Shown in pieces: positions 51,402-60,495 of a stretch of DNA of 64,000 bases (position 1 is the stretch's first letter; each line of letters opens with the position of its first letter). Below the pieces are notes generated by a model that worked only from the letters and a program-made list of their open reading frames with translations, was not told the origin of the DNA and made no database searches. This DNA comes from a virus, in IMG/VR virus record IMGVR_UViG_3300035438_000341, positions 32,047 to 96,046 of that record. One strand, given 5' to 3'. The position numbers and the translations under genes were made by a program.

Positions 51402-51673
51402 ACCATTATAACATCGAATGGAGAGACTAACAATACGTTCTCTTCATCTGATAGTGGAATTAATGGAGCTTTCTGTAAAGCTTGTGGATCTATAAGAACA
51501 ACATCTCCTGCTTTAACATCCATGTTAGCTGTTCCTACACTGTGCACTGTCAATCTAGACATCTTCTTGTACATCTCTTTCTCTAAAGCTTCTTTTGTAT
51601 TCTCATCTACAATAAGTTTGCTCTCTTCTTTCTTTGGTATCTCTAAATAGATACGATTTCCTAATAGTTTCAT
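51395..51673 (-). CDS. groES: Co-chaperonin GroES-like protein
   Basis: MKLLGNRIYLE..V.SVG..VKAGD.VL. Confidence 0.75.
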   Translation of the reverse strand: MKLLGNRIYLEIPKKEESKLIVDENTKEALEKEMYKKMSRLTVHSVGTANMDVKAGDVVLIDPQALQKAPLIPLSDEENVLLVSPFDVIMVW

Positions 51674-51689
51674 ATTGGTTTTTTAATTG

Positions 51690-51872
51690 TTATACACTTA
51701 CTACTAATGTCCAAACATTAGATATTGATGGTGGGAACTTTTCCCCTTTTGTTAAAGCTATAAATTCTTTGCCACTTCTGAACAATCCACTAACTCTTGT
51801 TCGTTGACCTGTTTTTGAAATTATTTCTTCTCCGAGTAGCTCTAATAAAGCTAATAATAGTTGTTTGATCAT
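51690..51872 (-). CDS. YjzC-like small protein
   Basis: TGQ...SG.F...I.L.KGEKFPP...W; probable start MIKQLL. Confidence 0.5.
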   Translation of the reverse strand: MIKQLLLALLELLGEEIISKTGQRTRVSGLFRSGKEFIALTKGEKFPPSISNVWTLVVSV

Positions 51873-51876
51873 GATT

Positions 51877-52143
51877 TTAGTTATTAAGTTCTTTTGAATC
51901 ATTTATCTCTGTAATAATATCTTTGTATTGTTGCAATGGCATAGATCCAGACACTCTGTGCACCTCTTTACCATTTCTCAAAAAGACTAATGTAGGTACA
52001 CTTCTAATGTTATACTTTCTAGCAGTCTCTTGATCTTGTTCTACATCTATATTCTTAACTTCTGCAGCATCTTTTAATGTGGTTGCTAACACTTTACAAG
52101 GACCACACCATGTGGCACTAAATTTCAACACTTCGATTTCCAT
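51877..52143 (-). CDS. Thioredoxin
   Basis: WCGPC active site; IRSVPTLV. Confidence 0.95.
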   Translation of the reverse strand: MEIEVLKFSATWCGPCKVLATTLKDAAEVKNIDVEQDQETARKYNIRSVPTLVFLRNGKEVHRVSGSMPLQQYKDIITEINDSKELNN

Positions 52144-52152
52144 TGTTTTATT

Positions 52153-52761
52153 TTATTTATCGTACATATAATCAAGGATTTCTCCTACTAATTCACTTCT
52201 ATGATAATCATTTATCAAGATTTCTTTAACCTTATTTAAAATCTTATACTTAGCATTTAAAGATAAACATTCTTTATATCCAGGAAATTTTACTTTTGGA
52301 ACATACTTGAATTCTTCTCTTAATTGTGCTAATATATTTTTCTCTATAATTGTTCCTTCTTCAACTGTACAAGGAAATATTAAATAAGAAGCAATATTAT
52401 ATTTACTTTTTGTTTTAATATTTCTATGTCTATTATGTACTTCTTTAGATATTCCTACTTTAATAAAAGATTCATCATCTGAGTATAGATTTATAATATA
52501 CAGATCTATAGGTTTATTTTTATTCTCATCTAACAAAGAGTCTTTCATATTATAATTAAAGTTATCTTCTTCAGAACATATTCTACAACCATGATTTCCT
52601 ACATGATCATTAGGTGTTTGGTAAAAACTACCATGTCTTTTACATATAATTTCTACCTTTGTCTTATTATTCAAATATAATACTTTTGAGTAATCATACT
52701 TATCACCATGTAGTCTTATACTAATTTCTACAAATTCTTCTTTAGTTTTTCTTTTAGGCAT
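52153..52761 (-). CDS. Putative homing endonuclease (DUF723-like Zn module + T5orf172/GIY-YIG-like domain)
   Basis: YDYSKV.Y..IIC..HG.F.Q..H..GC..C; LYII..FIKVGIS..R. Confidence 0.75.
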   Translation of the reverse strand: MPKRKTKEEFVEISIRLHGDKYDYSKVLYLNNKTKVEIICKRHGSFYQTPNDHVGNHGCRICSEEDNFNYNMKDSLLDENKNKPIDLYIINLYSDDESFIKVGISKEVHNRHRNIKTKSKYNIASYLIFPCTVEEGTIIEKNILAQLREEFKYVPKVKFPGYKECLSLNAKYKILNKVKEILINDYHRSELVGEILDYMYDK

Positions 52762-53413
52762 CTTTTTCTAAAAAATCAATAATACTTGTTAATATTGGAT
52801 TTCTATGATTAGATTTTAATGTTTTATATCCAACTAATCCTGATTCCTCAAGTTTCATTGTATTATAGATACAACTATTTTTACCTAATCTTTTATCAAC
52901 TTGTTGCTTAGATCCACAGAATATCATTTTACTTCCTTTACCAAGTCTAGTTAAGATTGTTCTAAAATCACTATATTCCATATCCTGATACTCATCAACT
53001 ATAACTACTGCATCTAGAAAAGTACAACCTTTAGCAACTTCAACAGGCATAATTTTTATCATTCCTTCTTTTTGCATTTTCTCTGTAATTTCTTTACCTT
53101 GACATACTTCTAAATTTTGAATTATAGGAAATACCCAAGGAGCAAGTTTTTCTTCAAGTTCCCCAGGCAAAGCTCCTAATTTATTAGGTAACATTGGTCT
53201 AGTTATCCAGATATTATTAAATTGTTTTTTTCTAAAAGAAGTTAGTGCTGTATGTACTGCAGCTAATGATTTTCCTGAACCAAAGTCTCCATGTAAAAAA
53301 CATACATCATACTCATGAAATAACTTCACGAATTCTTTCTGTTCCTCATTCAAGTCTACTTTTAATTTAGGCTCTGTTTTAAGAGGTCTTTTTTCTTTGT
53401 TTTCTACTTTCAT
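52754..53413 (-). CDS. phoH: PhoH-like ATPase
   Basis: G.FGSGKS; ITRP; LG.LPG.LEEK; G.TF..IVDE.Q; LTRLG..SK; NHRNP. Confidence 0.9.
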   Translation of the reverse strand: MKVENKEKRPLKTEPKLKVDLNEEQKEFVKLFHEYDVCFLHGDFGSGKSLAAVHTALTSFRKKQFNNIWITRPMLPNKLGALPGELEEKLAPWVFPIIQNLEVCQGKEITEKMQKEGMIKIMPVEVAKGCTFLDAVVIVDEYQDMEYSDFRTILTRLGKGSKMIFCGSKQQVDKRLGKNSCIYNTMKLEESGLVGYKTLKSNHRNPILTSIIDFLEKDA

Positions 53414-53808
53414 AAATTGTATTTAAGTTTTAATTGATTACGTCTTTCATTGACCTCCTCATACTTATACATATCGTTTTCAACGTTAGAATGCTCCTCT
53501 AGGGTCAAAAGTATAATATTTTCTTCATCTAAACAAGCTTCTGGGTATTTTTCTTTTGGTAAAATGTGATGGAAGTATGTAGACATAGCTTCTTTGCCTA
53601 GATAGGCACCACTCACTTCTGAGTGGTGCGTTCTCTTTTTCCATATAGATAAGAAGAAATCTCTTTGTATGATAACTCGTTCACTACCTCCCTTTTTAGG
53701 ACTTACTGACTGCTTTATCATACCAGATTGCTTCATCTGAGTTCTAGGTTTATGCTGAAAGCAATAGTCGCTATCAGAGTTCTTCCCACAAGTTTTACAA
53801 TGACCCAT
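53410..53808 (-). CDS. HNH-like (NinG-type) nuclease
   Basis: HHILPK.KYP..ENIILLT..EH; N-terminal CxxC..C..H. Confidence 0.6.
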   Translation of the reverse strand: MGHCKTCGKNSDSDYCFQHKPRTQMKQSGMIKQSVSPKKGGSERVIIQRDFFLSIWKKRTHHSEVSGAYLGKEAMSTYFHHILPKEKYPEACLDEENIILLTLEEHSNVENDMYKYEEVNERRNQLKLKYNL

Positions 53809-53962
53809 TCAATGCGTTAGTTAATGAATAGGTATTTGATGAACCTGTACTAATATTACTCAGGTTTATGTAAGGTAATCCTGTGTTAATACTTTGTCTA
53901 GTTAACGCTCCATTACTACTAGTGTGACTAGTACCAGACCATAATGGAGCTGCTAAAAATTT
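53795..53962 (-). other. Putative -1 programmed ribosomal frameshift signal and 53-codon extension
   Basis: Slippery site A AAT TTT (53962-53956) immediately before TAG; 5-nt spacer; 9-bp stem GCTCCATTA/TAATGGAGC; -1 frame open to TAA at 53797-53795. Confidence 0.7.
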
Positions 53963-54153
53963 CTAATTACTATTTGAACATTGTCTGGATCTCCAGCATA
54001 TTCTTCAGGAATCTCTCTTGTAATCTTAAATACAAGATCTTTCTCTGACTTAGCTAAAGCTGTTGTAAGCTCAATAATAATTTTTGAATCTGCATACGAT
54101 CCATCTTTGTCACGTTCATGCAGTATCACTGCATATTGAAATAATTGTTTCAT
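53953..54153 (-). CDS. Small hypothetical protein ending at the slippery site
   Basis: 66 aa, MKQLFQYAVIL..IPEEY..VQIVIRNF. Confidence 0.8.
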   Translation of the reverse strand: MKQLFQYAVILHERDKDGSYADSKIIIELTTALAKSEKDLVFKITREIPEEYAGDPDNVQIVIRNF

Positions 54154-54171
54154 AATGTTTATATTTAATTG

Positions 54172-54474
54172 TTAATCTTTTACAAATTGACCGTTAATCA
54201 TAACTCCTGTACGTTTAGCAATTACATTGTATGCACTCTCTAAACATGATTCTAGACTCAATCCTTGCATTTCTGCTTGGATGATGATTGTAACTAGGAT
54301 GTCACCTAGTGCATCAACTATTTCATCTTTGTTGTTATCAAATATAGCATCTGATAGTTCTTGCACCTCCTCTAATGTTTTATCACATTGTCTAGCTGGT
54401 GTACCATTTTGAAAGATTCCTTTCTGTGTAGCCCATGCTATAACAAGGGCCTCTAATTCATTGTAACTTTTCAT
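54172..54474 (-). CDS. MazG-like nucleotide pyrophosphohydrolase
   Basis: Q..K..EEV.EL..DALGD.LVT..AYN.I..R.G.M.NG.FVK. Confidence 0.85.
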   Translation of the reverse strand: MKSYNELEALVIAWATQKGIFQNGTPARQCDKTLEEVQELSDAIFDNNKDEIVDALGDILVTIIIQAEMQGLSLESCLESAYNVIAKRTGVMINGQFVKD

Positions 54475-55181
54475 ATTATTTTTTCTGTTATTAAAATTTG
54501 TCTAACTTTTTCTATTAGATCTTCTATAGATCCATCATTAAATATTGTGTAATTAAACCTTGCTTTATCAAGACTTGTCTCACTAGGATGTAATCTTGCA
54601 GTTGTTTTACTTTTTTTAACTGGTCTTATCACTTTAATTGTGAGTCCATTAACGTCTTCTATAGCTTCTAATTCATTAGGAAACCTAACATCTGTAATAA
54701 TCCAATTGCTTGGATCATACTCACTCATCTTTGGTCTCTTGTACTCACACATCAAAGCATTCACCCATGCATTAGGATGTAATCCATCACGTATAGCTTC
54801 TGTACCAAGCTTCTGAAGAAGTTCTCTTACAGACATTAACTCATTGAAACTTACATCAGCAAACACTGGTACAGCATTAAGAGGATTTGATTTTACAGTT
54901 CCCCATTCAGCTCCAAGATATGATTTCTTGAATTCTTGATCTTCAAAATCCTCTACAGGAATACCAGTTAACAGGGAAGCCATTTGTTTTAGCTTCCCTG
55001 CATACTTCTTAATTTCCCAAGTTGATTTATGAAAAGGATTATTTTTTGTACCCCATACAGGTTGACCATTCCAATCATCGTATGATATATTTGCTTTATC
55101 AGCACCATATGTTAAGTATTGTATAATACTACCAACAGTGTCTTTACCACTTCCTATTCTACCTGATATACCTATGATCAT
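54471..55181 (-). CDS. Deoxynucleoside monophosphate kinase
   Basis: IIGISG..GSGKDT; RELLQKLGTE; ITDVRFPNE; HPSE. Confidence 0.9.
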   Translation of the reverse strand: MIIGISGRIGSGKDTVGSIIQYLTYGADKANISYDDWNGQPVWGTKNNPFHKSTWEIKKYAGKLKQMASLLTGIPVEDFEDQEFKKSYLGAEWGTVKSNPLNAVPVFADVSFNELMSVRELLQKLGTEAIRDGLHPNAWVNALMCEYKRPKMSEYDPSNWIITDVRFPNELEAIEDVNGLTIKVIRPVKKSKTTARLHPSETSLDKARFNYTIFNDGSIEDLIEKVRQILITEKII

Positions 55182-56236
55182 AATTCATCTGTTTCTGAAA
55201 CTACATCTTCTTCCACTTCTACTTCCTCAACAGGAAGATCAGTTTGATTGATTGCAGCAACAATCTTCTCTTTCAATTCATCATAGAACTCTGGATTATC
55301 AACTACCAGCTGTTTGAATTCTTCTAAGTCATACTTGATTCCATCTACTGTCATAGTTTTACCATACTTACGTCCTAGCTCAAACTCATTAAGCAGACTC
55401 ATCATCTCATCAAGTTTATCTATACCTACACCATATACAATTTCAAACTCTGATTTTCTATATGGAGGAGACACTCTATTCTTGATAGCTTTTAGCTTAG
55501 TGATATTACCATAGTTCACATCACCATCTTTTGCTAAGGTTTTAGACACTTCTATTCTTACGTCAGTATAATATTTAAGAGCATGTCCACCTTGAGTTGT
55601 TCTAGGATCACCAAACATAACACCAATCTTCTCTCTATACTGAGAGATTACAATCACACATGTTTTATGCTGTGATAGAGCTGCTTTAAGCTTTGGGTAA
55701 GCATTACTATTCAACAATGCTTTTCTACCGATTGAAGAGTCTCCCACATCACCATCAAGCATCTTCTTAGGAATAAGTGATGAATCACTGTCTATGATCA
55801 CTAGATCAATCTCTCCAGTGTTAATCATTTCCATAGCAATATTGAATCCTTCCTCACCACATGATGGTTGAGCAATCAACATCTTTGTTGTGTCCACTCC
55901 TAACTTCTTAAAATAACTCTTATCAACAGCATGTTCACCATCGATATATAATACAGTACCTCCTGCTTTTTGACATTCAGCGGCAGCATGTCCACAGATT
56001 GTAGACTTACCTGTACCTTCCCATCCCATAAGCTCATACAGCTTACCTTTTACAAATCCTCCTACACCAAGAGTGATATAATCAAACCCAATACTTCCTG
56101 TACTGATGACATCATGATCTCCTCCTGGTTTATAGTCTAATGCTAATACTGAACCAACCCCATATTTTTTATTTAGGTTGTCCACTGCGTCTTGAAACTT
56201 GTTATTAGTTTCTTTACTTACTGCTTTTTTTGCCAT
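55178..56236 (-). CDS. recA: RecA recombinase
   Basis: ISTGS; G.EGTGKST; YIDGEHA.D; Q.REKIGVMFGDP.TT.GG.ALK.Y. Confidence 0.95.
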   Translation of the reverse strand: MAKKAVSKETNNKFQDAVDNLNKKYGVGSVLALDYKPGGDHDVISTGSIGFDYITLGVGGFVKGKLYELMGWEGTGKSTICGHAAAECQKAGGTVLYIDGEHAVDKSYFKKLGVDTTKMLIAQPSCGEEGFNIAMEMINTGEIDLVIIDSDSSLIPKKMLDGDVGDSSIGRKALLNSNAYPKLKAALSQHKTCVIVISQYREKIGVMFGDPRTTQGGHALKYYTDVRIEVSKTLAKDGDVNYGNITKLKAIKNRVSPPYRKSEFEIVYGVGIDKLDEMMSLLNEFELGRKYGKTMTVDGIKYDLEEFKQLVVDNPEFYDELKEKIVAAINQTDLPVEEVEVEEDVVSETDEL

Positions 56237-56405
56237 TTTGTTTGTTTTAATTGTTTAAAGATAGTCATTTTTGTTATTATTTCCAAGTAAAATGTCAAGT
56301 TTCTGGCACCGTTTACTTGACTTTTTGTGGCAGGATAGACCCCATAAATTAGGGTTTATCTATCCACGATTGGTCGTCCCATATATTCTGTAAATCGGGG
56401 ACCAA

Positions 56406-56804
56406 TTATTTTAAATAATTTATTGCTGCATTTAATATTGCAACATTATCATTACACTGCCCTAATAATGTATTGCATTTACTACACAACAGTCCTCGTA
56501 CTTTACCAGTGGTGTGACAATGATCAATGTATAATCCACCATGTGTAGATACTGTAGGATATTCTACATTACATATTTTACATTTTTTATCTTGTAAAAC
56601 ATATAACTGGTTAAGATCATTTATGTCCATACCATAAGTATTAATTATTCTTTTGTTTCTAAGTTTACTGTAATCATAAGTATTTTTCTTTTGTGTATAA
56701 TTACATGATCTACAATAATGATGAACTCCTAATTTTCCATTTTTACTTTTTGTAAAATCAAGTAAGTCTTTTTCTTCTTTACATTTACTACATGTCTTTT
56801 TCAT
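56406..56804 (-). CDS. Endonuclease VII-family (HNH) protein, probably a homing endonuclease
   Basis: Q...C.IC..IDHCHTTGKVRGLLC..CN..LG; N-terminal CxxC. Confidence 0.85.
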   Translation of the reverse strand: MKKTCSKCKEEKDLLDFTKSKNGKLGVHHYCRSCNYTQKKNTYDYSKLRNKRIINTYGMDINDLNQLYVLQDKKCKICNVEYPTVSTHGGLYIDHCHTTGKVRGLLCSKCNTLLGQCNDNVAILNAAINYLK

Positions 56805-56969
56805 AATAAGTATTTTTTATGTAGTGAAGATAATATATTTTGTGACACTTTGGGACAAATCTATATTAAATTTTTGTTAATTTTTTAAATGTAAATTTGG
56901 GACAAAACAGGTATTCTTGGTGAAAAATAGGTATTTCTGATCTGTTTTGGTGAAAAATGGGTTGAGGAT

Positions 56970-56998
56970 AAAAAAGCCCCAGATTTCTCTAGGGCCTT
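56970..56998 (-). terminator. Intrinsic terminator
   Basis: Minus strand GCCCTAGA-GAAA-TCTGGGGC followed by T6. Confidence 0.8.
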
Positions 56999-57027
56999 CT
57001 CAACAATTAAAAACAGAACAGAACTTT

Positions 57028-57207
57028 TTATTCACTTGTTCTAAGTGATGTATTTCCTTTTTCACATTTGTCATACGGACAATGTCTGCATTCATTACCA
57101 CAGCATTGTTTCTTAGTCTTCAATAGATACTCCTTAGTGAAATGAATTCTTCCATCCTCTAAGTAGTAGTCTCTAAATTCTACAAATTCTTTTTTATCTT
57201 CACTCAT
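57028..57207 (-). CDS. Cys-rich small protein (DUF5522-like, 59 aa)
   Basis: Not in the ORF track. DYYLEDG..FT..YL..CCGNECRHCPY. Confidence 0.8.
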   Translation of the reverse strand: MSEDKKEFVEFRDYYLEDGRIHFTKEYLLKTKKQCCGNECRHCPYDKCEKGNTSLRTSE

Positions 57208-57382
57208 ATCTATTCATTTTAGAAGGAACTATTATATATTCCTCATCAAACAATTGATACACTCTCTTTGGATCTAAACTGAATATATCTATTAGTTCTT
57301 CTGCAGATAATGCAGGGAATCTTTCTTTGAACTCATATATAAGAAGTTTAGTTTTTAGAGCTAGTTTTCTTGTGTTCCCCAT
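57200..57382 (-). CDS. Hypothetical protein
   Basis: Packed ORF in the operon. Confidence 0.55.
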   Translation of the reverse strand: MGNTRKLALKTKLLIYEFKERFPALSAEELIDIFSLDPKRVYQLFDEEYIIVPSKMNRYE

Positions 57383-57605
57383 CCTGAAATTGTTTTATAA
57401 GTTCTCTTTCATCTTCGAATGCATATCGATACTTAGCATCTTTATATTCCTCCATGATGATTGGATTATGCATTTTTCTGAAGAAGTCTTTGTTAGTAGT
57501 TTCTATAGCTAGAATGATGTGACTATCGTTATATCCACAAACATGTCCCTTATACTTAGGGTGCACTATTAACATATTCTTAAACTGGTTGAATACTTTT
57601 TCCAT
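57348..57605 (-). CDS. Hypothetical protein
   Basis: Packed ORF in the operon. Confidence 0.6.
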   Translation of the reverse strand: MEKVFNQFKNMLIVHPKYKGHVCGYNDSHIILAIETTNKDFFRKMHNPIIMEEYKDAKYRYAFEDERELIKQFQDGEHKKTSSKN

Positions 57606-57918
57606 CTTTGTCTAGGTTTAAACTTGCTAATCTATTCTCTAACTCATATTCCACCTTCAAAATGAAACTAATCTTATCCTCAAGCTCTTGTTGAATGATT
57701 CTTCCTGCGAAAGGCATAATGTCCTGAAGATTTGTATACACTCTAGGTAATCCAAACTTTGTTTTGATTTGTTGGTATTTAAATCCAGGGATCCATGTAA
57801 GATCATTGAACACCTGATCAACATAAGCTAATACAGAAGGTTCTTCAATAGACATTCCATAATGTTCTTCTTCTAAATAAGCTTCATACTTCTCATTAAA
57901 TTCTTTACTTGTTCTCAT
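57580..57918 (-). CDS. Hypothetical protein
   Basis: QIK.KFG..R.Y motif common in phage proteins. Confidence 0.7.
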   Translation of the reverse strand: MRTSKEFNEKYEAYLEEEHYGMSIEEPSVLAYVDQVFNDLTWIPGFKYQQIKTKFGLPRVYTNLQDIMPFAGRIIQQELEDKISFILKVEYELENRLASLNLDKDGKSIQPV

Positions 57919-57931
57919 ATTTTTGTATTAT

Positions 57932-57958
57932 AGGGAGACAAATATAATTCATCTCCCT
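57932..57958 (-). promoter_or_regulatory. -7 promoter box (TATATTTG) inside an inverted repeat
   Basis: AGGGAGA-CAAATATAATTCA-TCTCCCT upstream of ATG 57918; the stem may also act as a terminator. Confidence 0.55.
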
Positions 57959-57966
57959 GATTATTC

Positions 57967-58344
57967 CTAATTATTCTCTTCTATTTTTGGAGATAGTTTG
58001 TTCTCTAAGATTTCAAATGCTGCATCAATAGCAACTAATTCTGCTTCTTTTCTTGTTTTATATCTTTCTCCATGATCAAAACCATTAATGGCTATCATAA
58101 ATTTAGAAGAATATGAAATACTTATAATGATATCATTATCATCAAATACATCTAATAACATTCTAGGATTTGCATCAATCATGATTGATAGTTTATCATC
58201 TTCTATACCTGTTTCTCTCATCATGTCTTTGAATTCATCTGGAACATCTGCTGTCTGTAATGATTCAATCATCTTCTCTAAGAACCATGCTCTAATAATC
58301 TTAGCTGATTCTGGGTACTTATTTAATAATTCTATTCCTTTCAT
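57967..58344 (-). CDS. Hypothetical protein
   Basis: 125-aa ORF; TRKEAE..AI..AF..LE. Confidence 0.7.
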   Translation of the reverse strand: MKGIELLNKYPESAKIIRAWFLEKMIESLQTADVPDEFKDMMRETGIEDDKLSIMIDANPRMLLDVFDDNDIIISISYSSKFMIAINGFDHGERYKTRKEAELVAIDAAFEILENKLSPKIEENN

Positions 58345-58345
58345 A

Positions 58346-58552
58346 CTATTCTTCTATTATTGGTTGTTCATGTAATGCTAGAGAGGCTTCTATCCACCAC
58401 ACTCTTTCAAAATCAAATTCAGTTAACGGTTCTTTCTCTTTGCATGCTTTATATTTGATGTCATACATCATAGCAGCCATTTCACAGAATACAGCAGTTT
58501 TCTCCACTCCATATTCTTCTATCAGTGATTCTAATATTTGTCTATTATACAT
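58346..58552 (-). CDS. Hypothetical protein
   Basis: Packed ORF in the operon. Confidence 0.6.
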   Translation of the reverse strand: MYNRQILESLIEEYGVEKTAVFCEMAAMMYDIKYKACKEKEPLTEFDFERVWWIEASLALHEQPIIEE

Positions 58553-59096
58553 GTTCTTTTAGTTTATCGATTACCAACACTTCTTTTTCTTCATCCCAAC
58601 CTTCCCACACTTCAAAATCATCTTGAAATGTGATTCCAATTTTGTCTTCCCAAAACTCTACAAGATCTGCACTCTTCTTAAATATTCTAAGTTGCAAACT
58701 TATTTCATCTTTACTTAGTCCTGATTTAATAACCTTGACAGACTTAGGAAATTCACTCTGGAATGCTTTTGATGTTTTAGAATATTTCCCTTGCTTGACA
58801 AGTTCATAGTCTTTCTTGAATCTATCATTAAGCTGATATACAACAACAACAAATCCATCTTCATAATCATAATCTTCTATTATGGATTTAGTTCTTTCAT
58901 ATTCACCATCTAAGAACTCCCTAAACTTATCCAAATTATCAGGCTTAAATAACAAATATATAGGATCTTCATAACCATGTTGCATTTTTTCATCTTTAAT
59001 GTATCCATTTATAAATCCATTTGAGCGTAAAGCATCCTTTGGTACCCGAAGAGTGGGCACCATAAAGATACTAGTTATATTCTTTTTTACTTCCAT
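58545..59096 (-). CDS. Conserved-looking phage protein adjacent to the PD-(D/E)xK nuclease
   Basis: FINGYI.D..IYLLFKP..DY..GKYSK.S. Confidence 0.7.
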   Translation of the reverse strand: MEVKKNITSIFMVPTLRVPKDALRSNGFINGYIKDEKMQHGYEDPIYLLFKPDNLDKFREFLDGEYERTKSIIEDYDYEDGFVVVVYQLNDRFKKDYELVKQGKYSKTSKAFQSEFPKSVKVIKSGLSKDEISLQLRIFKKSADLVEFWEDKIGITFQDDFEVWEGWDEEKEVLVIDKLKEHV

Positions 59097-59098
59097 TT

Positions 59099-60151
59099 TT
59101 ATCCCTTAATGTTAACTACTCCATTAGACAAATAGTTTTTGTGACTTATATTCCATGTTTCTGTTTCCTTACACCATTTAAGTGCAGCAATGATATCTTG
59201 TAGACCAGGATAGGTTCTTCCTTTATGTACAAATCCATCATATGCAGCTAGCATATCAGACTTATCAAGAGTGTAGATTAATGGTTGATAGTAGTTAGTT
59301 GAATCACATACAATAAATTGTAAGAATTCCACTGTATATCCATAATATTCACTCTCTGGATCTTTTGCTAAATGCAACATTGCACGAAAATACAAGTATG
59401 CTTGGAGATATGCTCTTCTGTAAAGATAGTATTCTTCATAGAAATTCTCTACACTCCATGTGCACTTAAGGTCGTATGGCTGGATAACTCTTTTATCATG
59501 ATCAATGATCACTTTATCAAGCATACTCTTTAGAGGAAGACCATCTATTTCATATCCTTCTACCTGCATCTGATCTATGATTGTATATCTAGAGCTATTC
59601 ACTAGATTAACAATTGGTGCTGTTGTACTGTTAGTTTTTAGTTGCTCAACAATCTTTTCAGCAACAGACACTTCCATTGTATTAACGACAGTTAAATTCT
59701 TGCTTCTAACAGTGCGTATTTCATTATAATATATCTCAGCATCAGATCCATAAAACTTAGCTACCACAGCCTCATATTTAATCTTAAATCCTGATAGAGC
59801 ATAAGCTTCTTGAGATATATCTGAAAAGTCTCTCTTCACTACACCAAATTCATCTGTAGCATCTCTTGTTACACGATATAATGCTTCAGCAAATTCAAGC
59901 ATTAGTCCTGTTGGTGTAGATGTACAAGATGACATATAGAACTTCTCATCAAATAAATGAGGTTCCATAAGTAGGGTTTCAACTATTCTACCCATATTAG
60001 CCGCAGCTGAATCTTTGTCTTCTACCTTCTCACCAAGATAATACTTCTTGTAATACTTCTTTCTATCTTGTGAGAATTCTTTTAATGAACTACTACTGTC
60101 CATTACCACTGCTCTGTATTGAGCTTCTGTTTTTGCTACTCCTTGTATCAT
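59099..60151 (-). CDS. PD-(D/E)xK exonuclease (RecE/DUF3799-like)
   Basis: S.SSLK; G..VE.LL.EP; K..LD.V.ID..PYDLK; Y.QA..Y. Confidence 0.8.
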   Translation of the reverse strand: MIQGVAKTEAQYRAVVMDSSSSLKEFSQDRKKYYKKYYLGEKVEDKDSAAANMGRIVETLLMEPHLFDEKFYMSSCTSTPTGLMLEFAEALYRVTRDATDEFGVVKRDFSDISQEAYALSGFKIKYEAVVAKFYGSDAEIYYNEIRTVRSKNLTVVNTMEVSVAEKIVEQLKTNSTTAPIVNLVNSSRYTIIDQMQVEGYEIDGLPLKSMLDKVIIDHDKRVIQPYDLKCTWSVENFYEEYYLYRRAYLQAYLYFRAMLHLAKDPESEYYGYTVEFLQFIVCDSTNYYQPLIYTLDKSDMLAAYDGFVHKGRTYPGLQDIIAALKWCKETETWNISHKNYLSNGVVNIKG

Positions 60152-60157
60152 AATTGT

Positions 60158-60325
60158 TTATTTATATATTAATATTGCTGACTGTAATGCTGATGCAGCT
60201 TTTGGATCAACAATTGATGTCATTACTAATGATACCACTGTCTTTAATTCTTTACTATCTATCATTAGTTGAATGTCTCTCTGGATAGTATAGATCTTTA
60301 CTCCTTCCCAATATATTGTTTTCAT
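60158..60325 (-). CDS. Hypothetical protein (55 aa)
   Basis: Not in the ORF track. ATGA-coupled; MKTIYWEG..ILIYK. Confidence 0.55.
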   Translation of the reverse strand: MKTIYWEGVKIYTIQRDIQLMIDSKELKTVVSLVMTSIVDPKAASALQSAILIYK

Positions 60326-60495
60326 AATGTTTGTTGTCTTATTTCAAGTTGTTTTCTTACTTCATCCCATTCATGTATGTTGTTCTCAACTTCTTCATAA
60401 TCTTCAAGGACTATTAACATATGTTCTGCTAAATAAAGAGCACCGAAAACTCCTAGGTTTTCTACTAATTCTTCTACTTTTTCTTCTGGTGTCAT
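60322..60495 (-). CDS. Hypothetical protein (57 aa)
   Basis: Not in the ORF track. ATGA-coupled on both sides; MTPEEKVEELV..W.EV. Confidence 0.65.
   Translation of the reverse strand: MTPEEKVEELVENLGVFGALYLAEHMLIVLEDYEEVENNIHEWDEVRKQLEIRQQTL

Noticed and set aside
53902-53955. TAG readthrough as an alternative to the -1 frameshift
   Set aside because: The 0 frame reaches TAA after 16 codons, whereas the -1 frame fills the gap and has a slippery site plus hairpin.
56240-57000. Group I intron around the EndoVII gene
   Set aside because: The flanking genes are intact, and I could not identify P7 or other core intron elements.
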